From Ylistrum balloti (lineage: Eukaryota): a DNA stretch of 64,000 nucleotides. A program made the translations under genes and the position numbers. Where the stretch lies: assembly GCF_031769215.1 (NCBI RefSeq), contig NW_026782147.1, positions 620,001-684,000 of the forward strand, written 5' to 3'. Below the pieces are notes generated by a model that worked only from the letters and a program-made list of their open reading frames with translations, was not told the origin of the DNA and did no database searches. Positions 60,301-64,000 of the stretch are shown piece after piece; positions within the stretch are counted from its first letter, which is position 1, and every line of letters starts with the position of its first letter.

Positions 60301-62289
60301 CTCTGCTAGCTTATGTATGTTTTATGGCCGTAATAAATATGTTTTCAGCCTTTGATGGACTTCTTTAATATCCCCTGTATGTTTCTTTCTTTTTACCAAC
60401 ATATAGAATCTGACGTCTTCTCTAAAACTTGGCATAAAGTAGTCTAAAAATGCTACTGAATAATTTTCTGATTACAGAAATTCTTCCAACAAGAGATTTT
60501 ACAATGGCACTCTTTACTATTGCATTTTGATTTTAATGTGTATTTTAAAATGATCTCATTTTGGCATTTGCAATTCAAATGAACAACACCTGTTGATTAA
60601 TTTATGATGATTATATTAAACATTTTCAACTGAATTTGTCATGTAAGTGGATATAAGAGGATTCCTGTCCTAGGTAATACTACATTCCTCTGACAGGAAA
60701 TGAGATGCACTCTGTGGCAAAAGACATTTACCCAAGCAGAGAAATAAATTATTATCATATGCAGTTTTAATGACTAGTCGGTCCTGACCAGGTGAAAGTC
60801 TTGTCTGTTGCGCATGCTAATGTTAGGGCAGTGCATTGAGTCATTGAGGTAAATTCTGTTTCTTCAATGGGACATGTTGTGTTGTACCAGTAGTGATGTT
60901 TGTATACTAAAGTAAGCAATATTGCATTTGAGATTTGGTGGAAATAATTTAGTGTGGGATTTGTCTATTTACCTGCTGTAAATTTGTCAGTAGTTTACTG
61001 GTAACATACACACCTGCGACTTTGATGTTGCTAACGAGATGATTGCTTTACATATCGCTTACTCGTCATTTAGCACTATTGAATCCTGCCTTATTTGGAT
61101 GTCAGCTTTGCTGCACTCCCGCGATCATCACAATCCATTCATGCCAAGCGTGTTGTTGGGACACAGGTGTAATGCCCCTAGGCATGACCCATATTTATTT
61201 CATTTAAATATATTCATTCAATACTCTTGCTAAATCTGTGAAATGAAACAGCGATACCTTTGTTTGAAATTTAAGAAAAGCTGTTGGGAGATTAAATTAA
61301 AATCTTGATCTAACTTTTGAAAAATCTTGTGTAAGCGGAAACGTTCATCAGGAAATAACACCTGTGATGTAACAAAGAAAACTTGAGGTAGGGGAGGGGG
61401 CGGGGCAGTGTGACGGATAGAACACCACACTAGGTATATGCTTTCCAAACACTGATTGTATCTTAAAAGCAGTAATTCAAGTTACACAACATTAAAAGCT
61501 GGAAACAGAAAGGAATTTCTTTGATTCCACACGATATGTGGGAACAACTTTAGTTTGTATGTGTTACGTAATGCAGATATCTTATTATACATCTCCTTAA
61601 ATTCAACACTTTGTAAAATTGTTTGTGTCTTGAATTTCATAATCCTTCCAGTACACTCTTCAATCATAAGTGGTTCACAGGAAAGTTTCCTTGTTTTTGA
61701 TGATTATGTCTGTTAAGATCTGGGCTGATTTTCACTGTTATTAATATTGATGCTGTGTCTGATAGCTTTATTCCTACAAGTTTTTTGTCATGCTTCATAC
61801 ATTTATGTTTTGGAGAGCTGATAAAATTGACTGGTATCGTTCAAGAAAAATAAAAATAAGTATGGAGATGCTTCCTAATATTTTACACCAGGCTAACAGT
61901 CAAGCTTTCTGTTGTTTACAAATCCAGGAACTGGAGGGAAGCTTAATGATGGCCTACAGAAACATTTCCGTTTTCATCAGAAGCACTTGAGAAGGTTGGG
62001 AATTACCCTCCCTTATCTGTTAATGAGACCTTGGGTTTTAGTGTAGTCTTAATTATTCCTTTGGTAATCAGTGTTCAAGGTCAGCAGACTGGGTTGTTAA
62101 ACAAAACATTTTTAATGTAGGATGAATGTTTCATTAGTTCCAGTTTATAATTAAAATACCAGGAAATAATATTTAAAAATTCATTTTTATATTGTGAACT
62201 AATTATAAGTTTATATAGTAATTATTGCAACAATTTGAATTAAAGTAATAATTTCCTCTGAATTGCTCATAATACTTGATATGCTGAGC

Positions 62290-62380
62290 ATAGTACAGAC
62301 AAGAATCGAACCCAGGCTCCTGGTGGCTGATAATCTATGGCCCTGAGCCAGCCAAGCTTGCTCCATCAACTGAGTGACAG
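62290..62380 (-). mobile_element. degenerate tRNA-SINE head
   Basis: B box cctgggttcgattc on the minus strand (62303-62316); A box poor. Confidence 0.3.
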
Positions 62381-63678
62381 AGATCACATTTAGCACTTTA
62401 TTACAACTAATAGGTTTGTTATTATCGCACATAATGATGGAAGTATTGTTTTAGAAGATATATTTGGTCTATGTAATAATACCTAATTTATGTATATTGC
62501 ATCATACACAATGGTTTTCCTAGATGATATCATGAATAATGACATACGCTTGGTAATACAGTATTACGGAACAAACCAAACACACTGGCATAGAATCTTG
62601 CCTAATTTTAATTGTTTCATTACAAAGACAATTATCAGGAAGCATTCCCTGGCAGCTTTTAGCTGACTTGATCGGTTGTCAGTTAAGGGAGCAGATTCCT
62701 TGGATACTTGGCTCATACATCCCTAACAATAGTAAAATGTCCTATCAAATGCCCTGTCTTCATGCCAACCACTTACATTGAATGGAATGATTAGATCTTC
62801 ATTCAGATTGTTATCAAGATGAAAATTATGTATGATTTTCTCTACTTCGCCTTTTAAATATTCATTGGTGAAAATTTCTTAACGACCCTGCTAAATAACT
62901 GATTTACCTGGAGAAATGTAAGTTTGTTTTTTATTTTGAAAGACCACAGTTAATAAGAACCAGGAAATGTGTAGGTGGTACTCTTCTAACTGGTTAATAG
63001 TGTATTCACTTTAGAAAATGCATGTGGGTTTATCACAGATATAATGTTTCAGGCTAGCTCCTTTAGTATACTGTGACATTTTTTTCCATACATCTGGATC
63101 TGATACCGAGTTGTACACAAATTGTGTCCCATCATTGGCTGATTACTAAACACATTATCTCAGTTAGGTAAGCTTTTAGCTTTATTATTCTTCAAGAGTT
63201 TTATTAAATGGGAAAGTTGTCATCTGCATTTGTAGATAAAAGGGTATATATATAGCTTTAGATTTTGGAAATATTCTGACTGGTTAATCTTCTGTTTGAT
63301 CTTGCTGATTATGTTTGTAACTAAATCAGACAGAGTGAAATCAATAGAGAAGTGCTTGAAATGGATTAATTATTTATCTATTAAAAGTGCAGATCAAATG
63401 CAATCTTAAGAAGTTAAAAGTAATTTAACATGTTTATATTTTACAGGTGATATTATAATATATCTGAACTGTGAACAGTATGTAAACTGCTAACAGTTTT
63501 AGTGAATCATGGCTCACAGCAATAACACTTATTGTCAGTATACTTCAACTGGCTGCAATATCTCTGTTGGAAGAATGTTGGCCTAACATCCTTAGGTGAA
63601 GGGCTAAGGTTTGTGGCTTAACCCGTGATGGTTTGTGTTCTAAGGAAGCTCAGAAATAGACTTGACTGTGTAGTCTTG

Positions 63679-63708
63679 GTTGTGTCCCTGGGCAAGACAC
63701 CTTACCCT
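63679..63708 (+). mobile_element. SINE core fragment, same family
   Basis: ttgtgtccctgggcaagacaccttaccc. Confidence 0.5.
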
Positions 63709-64000
63709 CTTACTCTGAATGATACTTGATGGGCCTTCCTTATAGTATTCGATGAGGTAGCCACAATAATTAGCTACGAAGGAACCTGTCTAAAATTGTT
63801 CCTGGCTGCTGTTGATTGGATGCTTAGATACCATATCTGTACTTCTCACTAAAATTTGTATATATACCAAAATTTGTATATCATACAAAGATAGCGTCAG
63901 TTTAATCTCTAGGGTGTAATACAGAACAGTAAAATGACACTTAAATGCACTTCTGTAAAATATATAACTTCAGTAGTAGGTCAGTGTTGTATCTGTATAG

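Overview
AT-rich metazoan genomic DNA; the repeat families suggest a bivalve-like mollusc, which is inference. Host genes: (i) a 6-exon SR splicing factor on the minus strand (RRM + one CCHC zinc knuckle + RS domain, 236 aa, 4145-8433) with a 12-nt microexon and two candidate PTC/poison exons; (ii) two about 97% identical intronless class A GPCR genes (moody/Tre1/melatonin-receptor-like; 10239-11261 and 20908-22038) inside a ~3 kb local duplication; (iii) the eight 3' coding exons of a BLTP3/UHRF1BP1(L) gene on the minus strand (38806-47707; I did not find its 5' exons). Mobile DNA: a nearly intact Ngaro-type (DIRS order) tyrosine-recombinase retrotransposon (49937-56173; gag, RT/RNase H, YR, split direct repeats A1-B1-A2-B2), a decayed relative (15771-18680), a Gypsy gag remnant, a 5'-truncated hAT transposase, MITEs, SINE fragments and about a dozen minisatellites. 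Best leads: a predicted in-frame splice fusing Gag(1-195) to the ATG-less recombinase; inverted repeats, a 5' splice site and a poly(A) signal in the B repeat shared by both Ngaro families; a minisatellite built from an exon's own splice donor; and a substitution hotspot in ECL3 of the GPCR duplicates. All alignments and counts were done by eye.
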